From: Octopus bimaculoides
Taxonomy: Eukaryota
NCBI RefSeq assembly: GCF_001194135.2
Contig: NC_068983.1
Location: forward strand, 116,899,541 to 116,963,114
Reading direction: 5' to 3'
DNA: 63,574 nt
The translations under genes were made by a program, and so were the position numbers. Numbering within the stretch: the first letter of the stretch is position 1; every line of letters begins with the position of its first letter. The notes below the pieces were generated by a model. That model saw nothing but the letters and a program-made list of their open reading frames with translations. It was not told where the DNA came from and did not search any database. Shown in pieces: positions 1 to 13,586 of the stretch.

Positions 1-340
1 CGGGTTTAGTCCCACTGCGTGGCATCTTGGGCAACTGTCTTCTACTATAGCCTCGGGCCGACCAAAGCCTTGTGAGTGGATTTGGTAGACGGAAACTGAA
101 AGAAGCCCGTCGTATATATGTATATATATATGTATGTGTATGTGTTTGTGTGTCTGTGTTTGTCCCCCCAACATCGCTTGACAACCGATGCTGGTGTGTT
201 TATGTCCCCGTAACTTAGCGGTTCCGCAAAAGAGACCGATAGAATAAGTCCTGGGGTCGATTTTCTCGACTAAAGGCGGTGCTCCAGCATGGCCACAGTC
301 AAAAGACTAAAACAAGTAAAAGAGTAAAAGAGTAAAAGAG
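1..340 (+). mobile_element. tRNA-derived SINE, family B (5'-truncated by window)
   Basis: CORE-like CCTTGGGCAAnTGTCTTCTACTATAGCC, internal (TA/TG)n, tail GGCGGTGCTCCAGCATGGCCACAGTC and (GAGTAAAA)n end; homologous to copies at 3.8, 11.5 and 31.6 kb. Confidence 0.85.
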
Positions 341-342
341 AT

Positions 343-701
343 GTATAGAATAGAAAGGTATTCAGAATATTAGATGGTTATATATATATATATTTATTTA
401 TTTATATCTTATTTACATTCTTCTGCACTTTCTTCCGTTATCGGATTTATCGAAAAAATGGTTTAAATTAACATTTCTTGGCATTTTTATACATACTAAG
501 AATTTTCTGTGGTTTGCCAAGCAAGGGAGAAGAAAGAAAAAAATTTGTTGAGAAGGGGAGGTACAGAGGCGTGACTTTTATATGATCAGACTTACACACA
601 TACACACACATACATACACACATACATACACACATATACAAACATACATATATATATACATATATACATACACACACATATATATATATACATATATACA
701 C

Positions 702-733
<32 letters not shown>

Positions 734-1755
734 GCACAAATATATATAAACACACTCAAAGACATTTACATATGTACATATTCATATTTGTGCACACATA
801 AACACATACATACACCACACATGCATAAGTGCGCATTATACATTTTTTATAAAATAATTAATATAATTAAAGATTCATCTCTCTGGTTCAATGAATTTGG
901 AAAGGCTTTGTCATTTCAGCCACTACTCTTGTAGTGTATTTGTCCTTGAGCCTGAAAAAGGAATTTTCTAAAGAAGCAATGCATAATACTCGTACAATTA
1001 TATTTCTGAATCTGCCTATTTCTGCTTCAACCAATCAGAAATAGATGAATTTAGAAATATAATTCTACGAGCTTTGTGTACTTCTTTTTTTAAAATTCCG
1101 TTTTCAGGCTCAAAGACAAATACTCGGGCAAAAATCAAGAAGTGTAGTGGCTGTATGTGTGTATGTGTATGTGTGTGTATGTATGTATGTATGTATGTAT
1201 GTATGTATGTATGTATGTATGTATATATATTGCTATGTGAGAATGTATAGTGAAGTAAAAATCACTCTTTCGAAAACATCTAGAATTTCATTAAAAAAAG
1301 TTGACCACATCAATGCTATTATTCTTTAATACACACAAAAGAGCAAAACCTGGAAATGCAATTATAATTTTTACTGAACAAAATCAAAAACAACATCTGG
1401 GTTTTCAATTAAAACCTTGACCAATTCAAATACAAAAATTATTTTTCCTTTTTCTTCTTTTTCTTTCCCCGCCTTAAATGGTCACTAAGTACTAAACAAA
1501 CAAGTCTGATCATATAAAAGCTACGCCTCCGTACCTCTCCCTCCTCAAAAAATGTTTCTTCTACCTTCTCCCTTGCTTAGAAAACTCCAGAAAATTCTTT
1601 ATATGTATAAAAAAGCTAAGAAATGTTAATTTAAACCATGTTTTTGATAAATCCGATAACGGAAGAAAGTGCTGAAAAATGTAAATAAGATATAATTAAA
1701 TAAAAAATATATACAACAATCCAACATTCTGACTACCTTATTATTCTAAATATAC
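343..1755. mobile_element. Nested foldback/long-TIR element
   Basis: 343-593 is the reverse complement of ~1502-1755 (e.g. CTTCCGTTATCGGATTTATC / GATAAATCCGATAACGGAAG); an inner inverted pair 917-1024 / 1036-1153 has an 11-nt loop. Confidence 0.8.
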
Positions 1756-1839
1756 AATATCTCAACATTACTTGAAAACTCTGTTTCTCTCTCTCTCCCT
1801 CTCTCTCTCTCTCTTTCTCCCTCTCTCTCTCTGTATATG

Positions 1840-1888
<49 letters not shown>

Positions 1889-2689
1889 NNNNNNNNNNNN
1901 NNNNNNNNNNNNNNNNNNNNNNNNNNNNNNNNNNNNNNNNNNNNNNNNNNNNNNNNNNNNNNNNNNNNNNNNNNNNNNNNNNNNNNNNNNNNNNNNNNNN
2001 NNNNNNNNNNNNNNNNNNNNNNNNNNNNNNNNNNNNNNNNNNNNNNNNNNNNNNNNNNNNNNNNNNNNNNNNNNNNNNNNNNNNNNNNNNNNNNNNNNNN
2101 NNNNNNNNNNNNNNNNNNNNNNNNNNNNNNNNNNNNNNNNNNNNNNNNNNNNNNNNNNNNNNNNNNNNNNNNNNNNNNNNNNNNNNNNNNNNNNNNNNNN
2201 NNNNNNNNNNNNNNNNNNNNNNNNNNNNNNNNNNNNNNNNNNNNNNNNNNNNNNNNNNNNNNNNNNNNNNNNNNNNNNNNNNNNNNNNNNNNNNNNNNNN
2301 NNNNNNNNNNNNNNNNNNNNNNNNNNNNNNNNNNNNNNNNNNNNNNNNNNNNNNNNNNNNNNNNNNNNNNNNNNNNNNNNNNNNNNNNNNNNNNNNNNNN
2401 NNNNNNNNNNNNNNNNNNNNNNNNNNNNNNNNNNNNNNNNNNNNNNNNNNNNNNNNNNNNNNNNNNNNNNNNNNNNNNNNNNNNNNNNNNNNNNNNNNNT
2501 GTGTGTGTACATACATGGATAGAAATAGGGGTATTCGTAGACAAGGTAGATAGATCTAAATCTGCAAAGTCATAACCAAACTGAAGTACACACATACACA
2601 TAAAATTACATCAATACGACGCGGAAAGTGACAAACAAACACTTCCATATGTGAATGTATATATATTCGGAAGCTTAATTGCGTATGTG

Positions 2690-2897
2690 ATAGTAGTTTC
2701 AAATTTTTGCACGGTATCAGGAATTTCGTGGAGAACGGTAGCTCTTTTACATCGAGCCCATTGCTCAACTGGTACTTACTTTATCGACAAGGATGAAAGG
2801 CAAAGTCGACTTCGACGGAATTTGAACTCATAAGACGGATGAAATGACGCTTAATATTTTGCCAGGTTTGCTAACGATTCTTCCAGTTCACCGCCTT
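2690..2897 (-). mobile_element. tRNA-derived SINE, family A
   Basis: Reverse complement of the family A consensus seen at 8838-9420 (GGATGAAAGGCAAAGTCGAC..GGAATTTGAACTC). Confidence 0.8.
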
Positions 2898-3157
2898 TAT
2901 TGTGTACGCAATATTAATGTAAGCGCATTTTTCCTGTACTATAGTATACTATTGATTTTAGCAGGAAGCTGTGTACCTGTTCCCTGAGGAACGGCCAGCT
3001 GCCGCAAAATTATCCGTCAGGAGACAGCCTCTCTCTTTTTCTCGACATCAGTAGCATAGAAAGAATATATTTTTATACCTATAACCCCAGTACTGGAGCC
3101 GTCTGTTTACTACTTTCTTTGTAAACTGTTGTTATTCATATGTATACCAGAAGAAAG

Positions 3158-3196
<39 letters not shown>

Positions 3197-3789
3197 GAGA
3201 GAGATGTTACAGAAGATAGAATATTTTTGTTTTATGCGTATATTCTTTTAGAAGTACAACACTTACCATACACATTTCTTCAAAGTTTATGTAACATTTC
3301 AAATGCAACACATTGCTTCTGATTATCTACTTTTAGTGAGAATTGATGAAGACAATGTATTTTACATTCTTCAACAAATATGTACTTTGAATTGCTAAAC
3401 TTTTATATTTATAATTCAATTCCACTACACACATATAGTAAAGAATTGTAAACTGCATATCTTTTTATTATTTTGATGTTTCATACAAATTATTTTCCGT
3501 GTTTTTACATCAGTCTCTTTGTTAATTTTTATAACTCATGTTCTGCATATCTAAAAATCTTAAACTAGACATTGCAAGCTTCTATGTCTTTTCTCACTCT
3601 GCCTTATATTGCGATAAAATTTGTAAACAACGCTGTACCTAGGTCTTCACTAGATTTATCAGTTATACTTAGAAAAAAAAGAAAAAAACAGGTAAACAAC
3701 TTATAAGCAAATTCAAGCATGAAATAACTCTGATACGATATAATACGAAAGGCATCTATCAGTAAAATAATTCTTTACCTGCCTGAGTA

Positions 3790-4258
3790 GGCGAGGGCCA
3801 TGGCAGTGTAAGAAGCTTGCTTTCCAGCCACACAGTTAATGGTTCAGTCCCACTGTGTGGCACTTTGAGCAAATGCCTTCTACTATGGTCCCAAGCGAAC
3901 CAAAAACTTGTGCGTGGATTTGGTATACGGAAACTGAAAGAAGTCGTATATACATACGTACGGTATGTATGCATATATATATATATANNNNNNNNNNNNN
4001 NNNNNNNNNNNNNNNNNNNNNNNNNNNNNNNNNNNNNNNNNNNNNNNNNNNNNNNNNNNNNNNNNNNNNNNNNNNNNNNNNNNNNNNNNNNNNNNNNNNN
4101 NNNNNNNNNNNNNNNNNNNNNNNNNNNNNNNNNNNNNNNNNNNNNNNNNNNNNNNNNNNNNNNNNNNNNNNNNNNNNNNNNNNNNNNNTATATTAAATCA
4201 CTGCAGTGTTTTTGCCCCAGTATGGCTGCAATCTAATGACTAAAACAAGTAAAAGATA
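3790..4258 (+). mobile_element. SINE family B split by assembly gap
   Basis: Head GGTTCAGTCCCACTGTGTGGCACTTTGAGCAAATG before the gap; tail CCCCAGTATGGCTGCAATCTAATGACTAAAACAAG after it. Confidence 0.75.
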
Positions 4259-5204
4259 AAATATTTCTTTTATTATTATTAAAATCACCTACAAACTGTA
4301 GCATAACGATTGCAGTGAATTTATTTTCTGAGCACTAGATTAGGTCGAAACCTTTCCTGACAATTGTCCTTACTTCCTGAACTAGAATATTGAAACACAC
4401 TCACGCACGCATGCACGCACATACACACACATACACGCACACATACACACACACTCATACACACACATACACACACACACGCACAAACATAGACACACAC
4501 ACACATGTATATTATATAGTTTACTTGTATTGAATTTATTTTTTTCAACTCAAGAGGAATGAATACACAACGCAACTCCAATTGGGCAAAGGTTAATATT
4601 ACTCGGTGCATCAATACTTATATCAGTTGGTCTGTAATGTCCCGTTAGCTATGTTTTATTTTGAATACATCACTATTGTGGTTGTTTAATACAGTGATTG
4701 GTTCCTTATTTTGCTATTTTATTTTTGTCTAGTTTACAATTTTTTCGTCTTTCCTGCTTTCATTTGGCACTTAAACACAATATTTCATTTTTGTTTTCAT
4801 TTCTGTTAACTTGTTTCAGTTAATAAGCGTACATTCATTTTTTTTTATAGTTTAATCGTTTCAGAGCTTAGTTCTTTAGTGAGATATTTCACATATTTAT
4901 GGATTTTGTGTAAAGATTCGCTTGATTTTCCGTTGATTATCCATCATGTTTATGGCTTATGTTTTACAAGTTTTGGCGGTTAAAAATTGTAATTTTATCT
5001 ACGTACATATAACACACTTTAAATGTAATTGCGCAGAGCAATGTGTCGCTCAATGGGATTAATTCTATGGGGTTCAAATCAACTGAGTGGTTCACGTGTG
5101 ACCGTTTGTATTTTTGGTTGAATATTGCTGATGTTTCTACTATTCTTTTCACGTTGACATGTGTCCACTGACAAAACCGTATACACACACACATGTGTGT
5201 GTAT

Positions 5205-5280
5205 GTTCCATGTACTCGTGCTTCGTACTCTTTTGTTGTACACGTTTCATGACGTCCTGTGCCCACATATGCATATATAT
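5205..5280. repeat. Dispersed repeat fragment, second copy at ~6600-6670
   Basis: TGTTCCATGTAC..CTTCGTACTCTTTTGTTGTACACGTTTCATGA.GTCCTGTGCCCACATATG occurs twice, each followed by (TA)n. Confidence 0.75.
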
Positions 5281-5417
5281 ATATATATATATATATATAC
5301 GTATAGATATAAGTATGTACATATACGTATGTATATATGCATATATATATATATAGCAACAATTTAGATTCAGATGAGGCACCAGAATTTAGTACGGTAT
5401 TATCTACATAGTTTCAA

Positions 5418-5952
5418 GATAAGGTGATTAAAATCAAAATAAGCAACAAGATATCCAGAGGTAATGCAGTACGATCGTTTCACGCGACTCCATTTAATTG
5501 AACAATGCTACCATTGCATCACTGTACCCACTATGATTTCTGTCGACTCCCTCAGCCTCTTTCCTAACAGACACTGCTCCCTGTTCCTTGGCTTTAGATT
5601 TTGATATACAAAGATTTGATAAAAAAAGAGTATAAATTAAAACCGACCCCAGAAAACAGTGACAAACTAGATCTGTAACAAGTCTTTCTTCCTGATACTT
5701 TCTAAGCTGAAGTGAAGACAGCATGTTCTTAGCCTATCTCCTTACCTTCTTGGCGGTTTTAGGTAAAATTATACTAATGTGTCCATCTGTTTAATTTAAC
5801 TTAATTCTATGTATTTATGCAGCTGAGGATTGTTCTGCATTTAAATTGATGTAATGGCTGCATTATTTAATTAAATGGAGTCGCATGAAATAATCGTACT
5901 GCATTACCTCTAGATATCCTGTTGCTTATTTTGATTTTAATCACCTTATATG
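5418..5952. mobile_element. MITE with ~95-bp TIRs
   Basis: TAAGGTGATTAAAATCAAAATAAGCAAC..CGACTCCATTTAATT (5418-5510) is the reverse complement of 5858-5952. Confidence 0.8.
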
Positions 5953-6014
5953 TATATATTTACATTTATGTATATACATACATACATACATACATATATA
6001 TATATTATTTATAT

Positions 6015-6058
<44 letters not shown>

Positions 6059-7375
6059 ATTTATATTATTATATGATTGAACGCCACGCATCCTCTTCCA
6101 AGTAAGTTTTATCTTAATAATTCTGATGCGCACTCTATACGATCTTGCTACTCTTTCGTTTTTCTCTTTCTTATTCTTTTACCTCCTCTTCTTTCACTAC
6201 TATTCTATCCTATTACTCTGTTACTCTCTCTCCCTCACTCCTCCTCCCTTGCTCACGTGACCATCGGCCATCTTCCTTTCTTTCTCTCCGTTGTAGCTGG
6301 AACAAGGAAGACATGTTCTTGTTTGTCTCCCGTCCTAGCTTGATTTACGCGCTCGCCACCACAGCAGCGCTTACTGTTTATTTTCACTGTCCTGTTTGTG
6401 TTATCTATTTTGACCCTCCGCAAAATCTCAAATTTTATATAATTTGCCTTGCGGAAGCAACTATTTTATCGGAAGCGTATATTGTTGTTAAATGCTCGAA
6501 ATACGAGACTAGAGAAACAGCCAACAACTGATTGATGGGTCGTTCTTTATGTTTGTTTTGTTTTCCATTTGGGTATTTAGTTGTTCGAAAGAATAGTTCA
6601 TGTTCCATGTACACGTACTTCGTACTCTTTTGTTGTACACGTTTCATGATGTCCTGTGCCCACATATGTATATATATATATATATTATATACATATATAC
6701 ATATATATACACTGAAACCTACCAAATGAGTACGATGACAAATACCATTTTGTTATAAGTCGAAAGAGATGTAATATGTCGTCACGACAATCGTTGGACA
6801 AGAAATAATAAAGCAGGATGCATGACTGTTTCGGCAAATAAGTTGATATAAAACAAAACTGAAAAATATAAAACATACCATCATCAATCAATACCGTTTT
6901 GAAAGACTGTGCAAAAAAAAAAACACAACTAACACAACATAACAAAAAGGTTACAACAAAACCAAATTAAGAAGCCACCGATGAAATATACAGACATTGG
7001 CATTGTCCGCATGAAAAGAACTTAACAAAATGAATAACTGAAACTAATCAATATTATTAAGACTCATACACAAACGAAGTCGCCCTCGTCGATAACATTA
7101 GAAAAAATACACTAAGGAATAGTACTACTTGCTATGGCCTGAGATTACATATTACATTACATATTATATTATTCTATATCACACAAAATTTTCTTTTACT
7201 CATTCGTCCAAAAATGTAACGTTTGAACACCCACATACACGTCCGTATGCATGTAGATATGTATGCCTGTATGCCTGTGTGCCTGTATGATTCGGACCCA
7301 TATTGAAAACGTACGCACAAACACATGTACATACGCGTACACACATAACAGCAAATGATATACACACACACACAC

Positions 7376-7442
<67 letters not shown>

Positions 7443-8837
7443 GATATACACATACATACATACACATATACGCGCATGTAAGTACTCACGTATGGCTGAT
7501 GCATACCTGCACGCGTACGTACATATACTCAAGCAAACATGCACACATATATCAGTGAGGGGATGCCATCAGCTCTCACCTACTTGTTAGGTTGCACACA
7601 CGCACACCCGCATAGATGCTCCGAGCAGATACACACATACAGGTATCAAATACCCAGTCAGATACCCACATCTGCGCACTCATATAACTTTTACACATCC
7701 CACAAACCAAGCAAAAGGTGGCATCAACTTCCTGCCCTGCTATGTGGTTCCAAAAATTCTTCTTTTTAATGCAATTGGTGTCGCTGGAATTTCAATATCA
7801 TTTCTAATAACAACATGCGAACGCACTTGACCAATTGTAGCCAGTTTCCGGTAGACAACTTGAACCTCCTACGCCTCGCCATTAGACTACGTGAGGCCGA
7901 CGATCTCTGTTTCTATAAAAGCTTAAGAATCATCAAGTTGAATTGGAACGGATCAAACTGTTTTAGCTAAATAAATAAACGCTCATACATCGTCTTCGAC
8001 GTGAGAGTCCGACGTATATATGTATGTATGTATGTATGTATATTTCAGAAATATTTACTTATCAGAATATATATGTGTGTGTGTGTGTTTCAGAATATTT
8101 GCTAATCGGAATTTTGCATGTTGTTTCGAGTCTTCGCTTATATCAGAAACAAAGTTTACAATATAAAGTACAGCACATATATGAGAGCTACGCAATCATA
8201 TACTATCGGCACTTTCAGGAAAAATTAAGAAAGCTTATATAATTCAATATAATTGCATCTCTTTAAACGGAAAACGGCTTAGAAAAATTGAAACCAAAAT
8301 AAATGAAAGAAACAGCGTATTTTGTAATAATATACAAGAGTATAGGCAATACAAAAATATGCAAAAATATACAAGAGTATAGGCAATACAATTTAATATA
8401 TCTAACTTTAGTAGTAGACCGTTTTGTGTTTATATGTTTGGAATCTTTAGAGCGTCGGAAAAATGGCCTGCAGTATACGTTCCGACATTTTATATTCTGA
8501 GTTGAAATCCCACGGAGGTTATCTTTGCCTTTCATCCTTTCAGCTTCAATAAAATAAAGTATCACCAAGTCGATGTTGTCTACAACACTCAAAATTACTG
8601 GCCTTGTTCCTAAATGAAGAACCATAATTTTATAAAATATAATACAGTATAGTAAACCAACCTACTGAAGTTTCCTATTGCAGCTGAAGCCATTTCAATA
8701 TAGTTGCACCTTTGGGAAACTCACAGCCTAATATCTTATTAATAGAGTATTGTAATTTACGAATGCTATTTGGAAAACTATTCATATGAGTATCATGCTT
8801 CTCACTGCCCACTTTACTAAAATATTATTTTGGCGGT

Positions 8838-9420
8838 TTAAGGCGGCGAGCTGGCAGAAACGTTAGCACGCCGGGCGAAATGCTTAGCGGTATCCCGTCT
8901 CTATGAAGTTAATACGTGGTGATTTTGAATACTTTTTGTGCTGCTTTGCAGCGGTTTGGGTATTTACGTGTGTAATTTGGTTGAGCTTTCTCTTCTCGTA
9001 AGACAAATAAATAAAGTTTAATAAATTTGCATCTCAATATGTAGGTTACTGAAATTCCGCCGAGGTCGACTTTGCCTTTCATCCTTTCGGGGTCAATAAA
9101 TTAAGTCCCGGTTGCGTACTGTGTTCGATCTAATCGACTGGCCCCATCCACCAAAATTTCGGGTGTAATACCTTGAGTAGAAAAGAATATGTTGGTTACT
9201 GAAAAAAGTGGTGAGCTTGTATAATCATTAAATGCACCGGAGAAAGATACTTAGCGGCATTTCGTCCGTCTTAACCTTCTGAGTTCAAATTCCGCCGAGG
9301 TCGATTTTGCTTTTCATCCTTCCCGGATCGATAAAATACGCACCTTTTGAGCACTAGGATCGAAGTAATTGACTTACCCTCTCTCCCGAACTTGCCGGCT
9401 TTGTGCCAAAATTTGAAACC
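8838..9420 (+). mobile_element. Cluster of family A SINE copies (head fragment plus two tandem copies)
   Basis: A-box-like GGCGGCGAGCTGGCAGAAACGTTAGC, B-box GAGTTCAAATTCC, core GCCTTTCATCCTTTCGGGGTCGATAAA; a further fragment at ~8480-8600. Confidence 0.85.
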
Positions 9421-9545
9421 TATATGTTAGTACTGAGGTATGTATTAGGTTTCATCATACTCGGTACATACAGAAATTAAATGTGAAAATAAAGATGAAA
9501 TATATATTTATATTTAAAATAGTTTTTGTTTATTTTTTTTATCAG

Positions 9546-9703
9546 ATCGACGAAAAGAAAGTGAAGAAATATTCTTAAGAGCTTTGAACCACGTGATTGA
9601 GCCAACGTCACTGCAAAATATATGGGCGCGTCTTCACCAGAAAGAATATTATCCACTTGGCGAAACTCGTTTGAAAAGCGTTGAAACACCTGCAAATTAT
9701 TGA
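9546..9703 (+). CDS. Candidate terminal coding exon (xRRKESEEIFLRALNHVIEPTSLQNIWARLHQKEYYPLGETRLKSVETPANY*)
   Basis: Strong acceptor TTTTGTTTATTTTTTTTATCAG, phase-1 open frame to TGA at 9701-9703, antisense frame also open; no partner exon confirmed. Confidence 0.35.
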
Positions 9704-9817
9704 ATTGTTTCTAACAAATAAATTCGATAGCAATTATTCTTCCAGTATTTTTGTATCAGTCTATCTAAGCTAGCTAGCTCTCTTCCTCTCTCTGTTTCTC
9801 TCAGTCACTCTCTCTGT

Positions 9818-9865
9818 AAACACAAACACACACACACATGCACGCGCGCGCACACACGTACACAG

Positions 9866-9950
<85 letters not shown>

Positions 9951-9968
9951 TATATATATATACATACA
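9818..9968. repeat. (CA)n/(TA)n microsatellite
   Basis: Direct reading; one of many dinucleotide tracts in the window. Confidence 0.95.
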
Positions 9969-10304
9969 ACAGCATTAGAAGAGATTATGAATAAAACTCT
10001 CTCTTATGGTAAAAGGTGCAAAAAACAACATGTCTGCGCGGTGCTTCTATCTCCCGGATTCTCAGATGAGGCAGTTTTTTTGCCAGAGTTACCTCTCTTC
10101 AGCATTTTCCATTGACGAACGCTCAAAATCCAGAAACCTCGAATCTAGGGATCCGATAGGGGGAAGCATTGGGCAGATATGATGTTGCTTACACCTTTTA
10201 CCATAAGACAATTTTCTCCCCACGGTAGCTACAATGAATTTGCCTTTAGAAGCTAAAATCTGTCAAAAACGTATTTAGGCTAACCTACAGTTCATATATA
10301 TATA

Positions 10305-10797
10305 TAAGGGTATCTAAGAGATACCAGCATGCTTGAAATAGCAGTTAAAATCTGACTCTAAAATCTCATCATGTATCCAATACAGCACAAGGTGAAAAGA
10401 AAAATAGATAAATTAGTGAAAGTGAAAATCCGATAATTCCAGACCCTGGGTTCCTAGCGCTGTATGAAAATACTTTGCCTTCGTCAATGAAATATACCAA
10501 GAATCGAACATAATTACATATATATATACACGCAAACATATGAACACTTAGTATGCGCACATATGCTTATATACATATATATGCACATATATAGACGACC
10601 AGTTCAGTTATCCGTCCAAACAGCATGTGCTATATGGTCAAAATATCACCAGAGTAAATATAATGACGAAGTGAATATATAAAAATTGATTTATCTATTT
10701 GTCTTTTCACCTTGTGCTGTATTGAATACATGATGAGGTTTTAGAATCAAGTTTTGACTGCTATCTCAAGCATGTTGGTATCTCTTAGATACCCTTA
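10305..10797. mobile_element. MITE with ~110-bp TIRs, TA-flanked (Tc1/mariner-type)
   Basis: AAGGGTATCTAAGAGATACC..CACAAGGTGAAAAG is the reverse complement of CTTTTCACCTTGTG..GGTATCTCTTAGATACCCTT. Confidence 0.8.
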
Positions 10798-11433
10798 TTT
10801 ATAATTTTAATAATAATTATAACCTATAAGGTATTTTTCTTTCCATGTGCTGCCACTTGATTTTATTGTTATTTAAATAACGATCTTATCCTTATTTTTA
10901 TAGGATAAAAATAAGGATAAGATCTGTCCGCTTCAAAGAAACACACACAAACGCATGAAAATGCAGAATGCATACATACAAGCAAACACACTTGCATACA
11001 TCTATATTGGCATACACATGCATGCATACACACATACAAGCAGGCATACATACACATGCGCACTGACGCACACACATACGTACAAACAAACAAACAAACA
11101 AACAAACAAATAAACAAGCAAAAAGAACGCAGCATTGATAACAGATAGAGCCATCGACAATTGAAAAGGTTGCAAGATGCAAGGAAATTTTAAAAAAGAT
11201 AAATAAATGACAGGAAATCGGACCGGGGTGTGTGTAAAATAATAAGACACTAAAAGTGAATGACTCTCCCCAGATACAATAATATATATATATATATATG
11301 AATGATCTAATTATAAATCTCACAGAGAGAATTAGGCAGCAGTGTTACGATAAAGCAGTTGTATACTGTCAACTCAATATAGCAGTATGATTCCCTTATT
11401 GGGACTGTCGCATTGAGTTGACATTATACAACT

Positions 11434-11485
<52 letters not shown>

Positions 11486-11489
11486 TATA

Positions 11490-11840
11490 TGGCGAAGGAG
11501 TGGCTTTGTGGTAAGTAGCTTACTTACCTACCACATGGTTCTGGGTTCATTCCCACTGCTTGGTACCTTGGGCAGGTGTCTTCTACTAAAGCCCGTCGTA
11601 TATATGTATATATATATGTATGTGTGTGTGTGCATATGTTTGTGTGTTTGTGTCTGTCCCCCCATCATCGCTTAACAACCGATGGTTGTGTATTTACGTC
11701 CCCGTAACCTAGCGATTCGGCAAAAGAAACCGATAGAATAAGTACCAGGTTTCCAAATAATAAGTGCTGGGGTCGATTTGCTCGACTAAAAGGTGGTGCT
11801 CTAGCATGGCCGCAGTCAAATGACTGAAACAACTAAAAGA
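11490..11840 (+). mobile_element. SINE family B, near full length
   Basis: tRNA-like head GGAGTGGCTTTGTGGTAAG..GGGTTCATTCCC, CORE-like block, shared tail. Confidence 0.85.
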
Positions 11841-12879
11841 GAAAGGAGAGAAAGAGTATATATATATATATATATACATACATACATACATACATATACA
11901 TTCATGCACCCTCAAAAACTTGTGGGTATATATATTGATGAAAAGGTATGTTGCATTATGCTATATTGTTTATAAATATTAAAAATGGGTTTTTGGTTTT
12001 TGTTATTCTGTGTTGAAAGTAACGCAGGTGTATTACGGAAGAGTTTTAAAATGTATTTATAACTCACGTTTTTATTTTGTGGTAATATTGCATTCATTAA
12101 GCCTCAAAAGATATCAAAGATGTGCATGTGAAATTATACAATTCCTGTGAATTCCAGAATTGTATCAGTGACTACAGCTTCTCCCGAAAAACAACGAAAA
12201 TGTCTTGCATATAGTAATATCACGAAATGAAACACATTATTTCAAACGTCTGCGTTTGAACGACTATCAACAATTTCGTGTTCGAATTATAACTCTCTTT
12301 TCTATTCCACAACGTAATGAATATCCATACTTCGAATTTATTTCAAATACATATTGCTCTATGTAGTAAGTGTATGTATCATGCTTGCTGGTCAATATAA
12401 CATTTGTTTTTACAGTTTACAACTTTCACATTTACATCAAATGTATAAATCATATTGGACATTTGTGGTTTGACTACTGGTTTATGTGTATGTCATTCTT
12501 TAATGATGAGCAGGCTCGAACGCTATTTTTTGTAGTATATTATTAGTGTTCGTTTATGATGTGGTGTAATATATATTGTGATTTGTTTTAGGAGGTTTGG
12601 ATGCATTTGATTCGTATGAAAATCACCAACTATGTTTAATAGTGTTTCTAAGAAACGTAATACCAGAAGGATTAGCGTATTGTCTTCTTTTGCTCGACTG
12701 TTTGATTTTATTAGTTTGTTAGAATAACTATGGTCGAATTTTTAATGTACTATTTCCTAGATTTCTTTGACTGGTACTTCATTTGTGGAGAATAATACAT
12801 AGTAAGAATGGTATCCTCTTTTAGACTTCGTACGTTGTGGAGAGAGAAATCTTTGTTCATGGAAGGTAGAACAGCTCAC

Positions 12880-12949
12880 CTCTGAGAGTCGTTGGGGTAG
12901 ATTGTTCTATCATCGTTTCAAAATTGACCCTACTTCTTGCTTCAGTTGA
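12880..12949 (-). CDS. Candidate internal exon (STEARSRVNFETMIEQSTPTTLR)
   Basis: Acceptor TTTGCTCTTTTGCTTCTTCCACCAACAG and donor AG|GTGAGC; only the phase-0 frame is open. Confidence 0.3.
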
Positions 12950-13586
12950 CTGTTGGTGGAAGAAGCAAAAGAGCAAATTGGCCCTTAGAAATCCTAGTTA
13001 CATTAAAAGATGTTAACGATGAAAATGCATGCGGATTTAAGAATTAACAAAAAGGTACACAAGCATATGTCCTTATTACAAAGAACAGCACCACCAACAA
13101 CGACCACGATGATACTGATAAGGATTTCTTATACTTGCCGCTGAGACTTTTAATGAAAAGTCATTGGAAGGACAGTTTATAATTTGTGTGGTGAGTTGCA
13201 TAAAATTCATGAGGTAAAAAGGGGCGGGAAAGTGGAGACATGCGATACAATTATTTAAATTATATGACTACACGGATAACGTAGTCTTCCTCGAACAGGT
13301 GAACTTGCGTCTTGGACCAGACACGACAACCGATCGATCCGAAATCCCCCTGACATTAGGGTCACGACCCCTAACTCTTCAGTTGTTCTCCAATCCAAAG
13401 GTGTATGATTAGAATACTTCTGTTAGCTGTATCCATTTTCGCCACAGTCAAACAACTTTTGACAAATTCGCTAGACGGAAGCTTTTCCCGGACCACTCAG
13501 TTTTCCATTCGAAGTGAAACTTGAAAATGTTGGTGTGGCCTGTGCTCTCACTCCTTGCAGCTTCGTTCACTACACAACTGCTTTTG

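Noticed and set aside
2962-3110. GC-richer open frame QEAVYLFPEERPAAAKLS..
   Set aside because: Acceptor plausible but no convincing donor; too short to support
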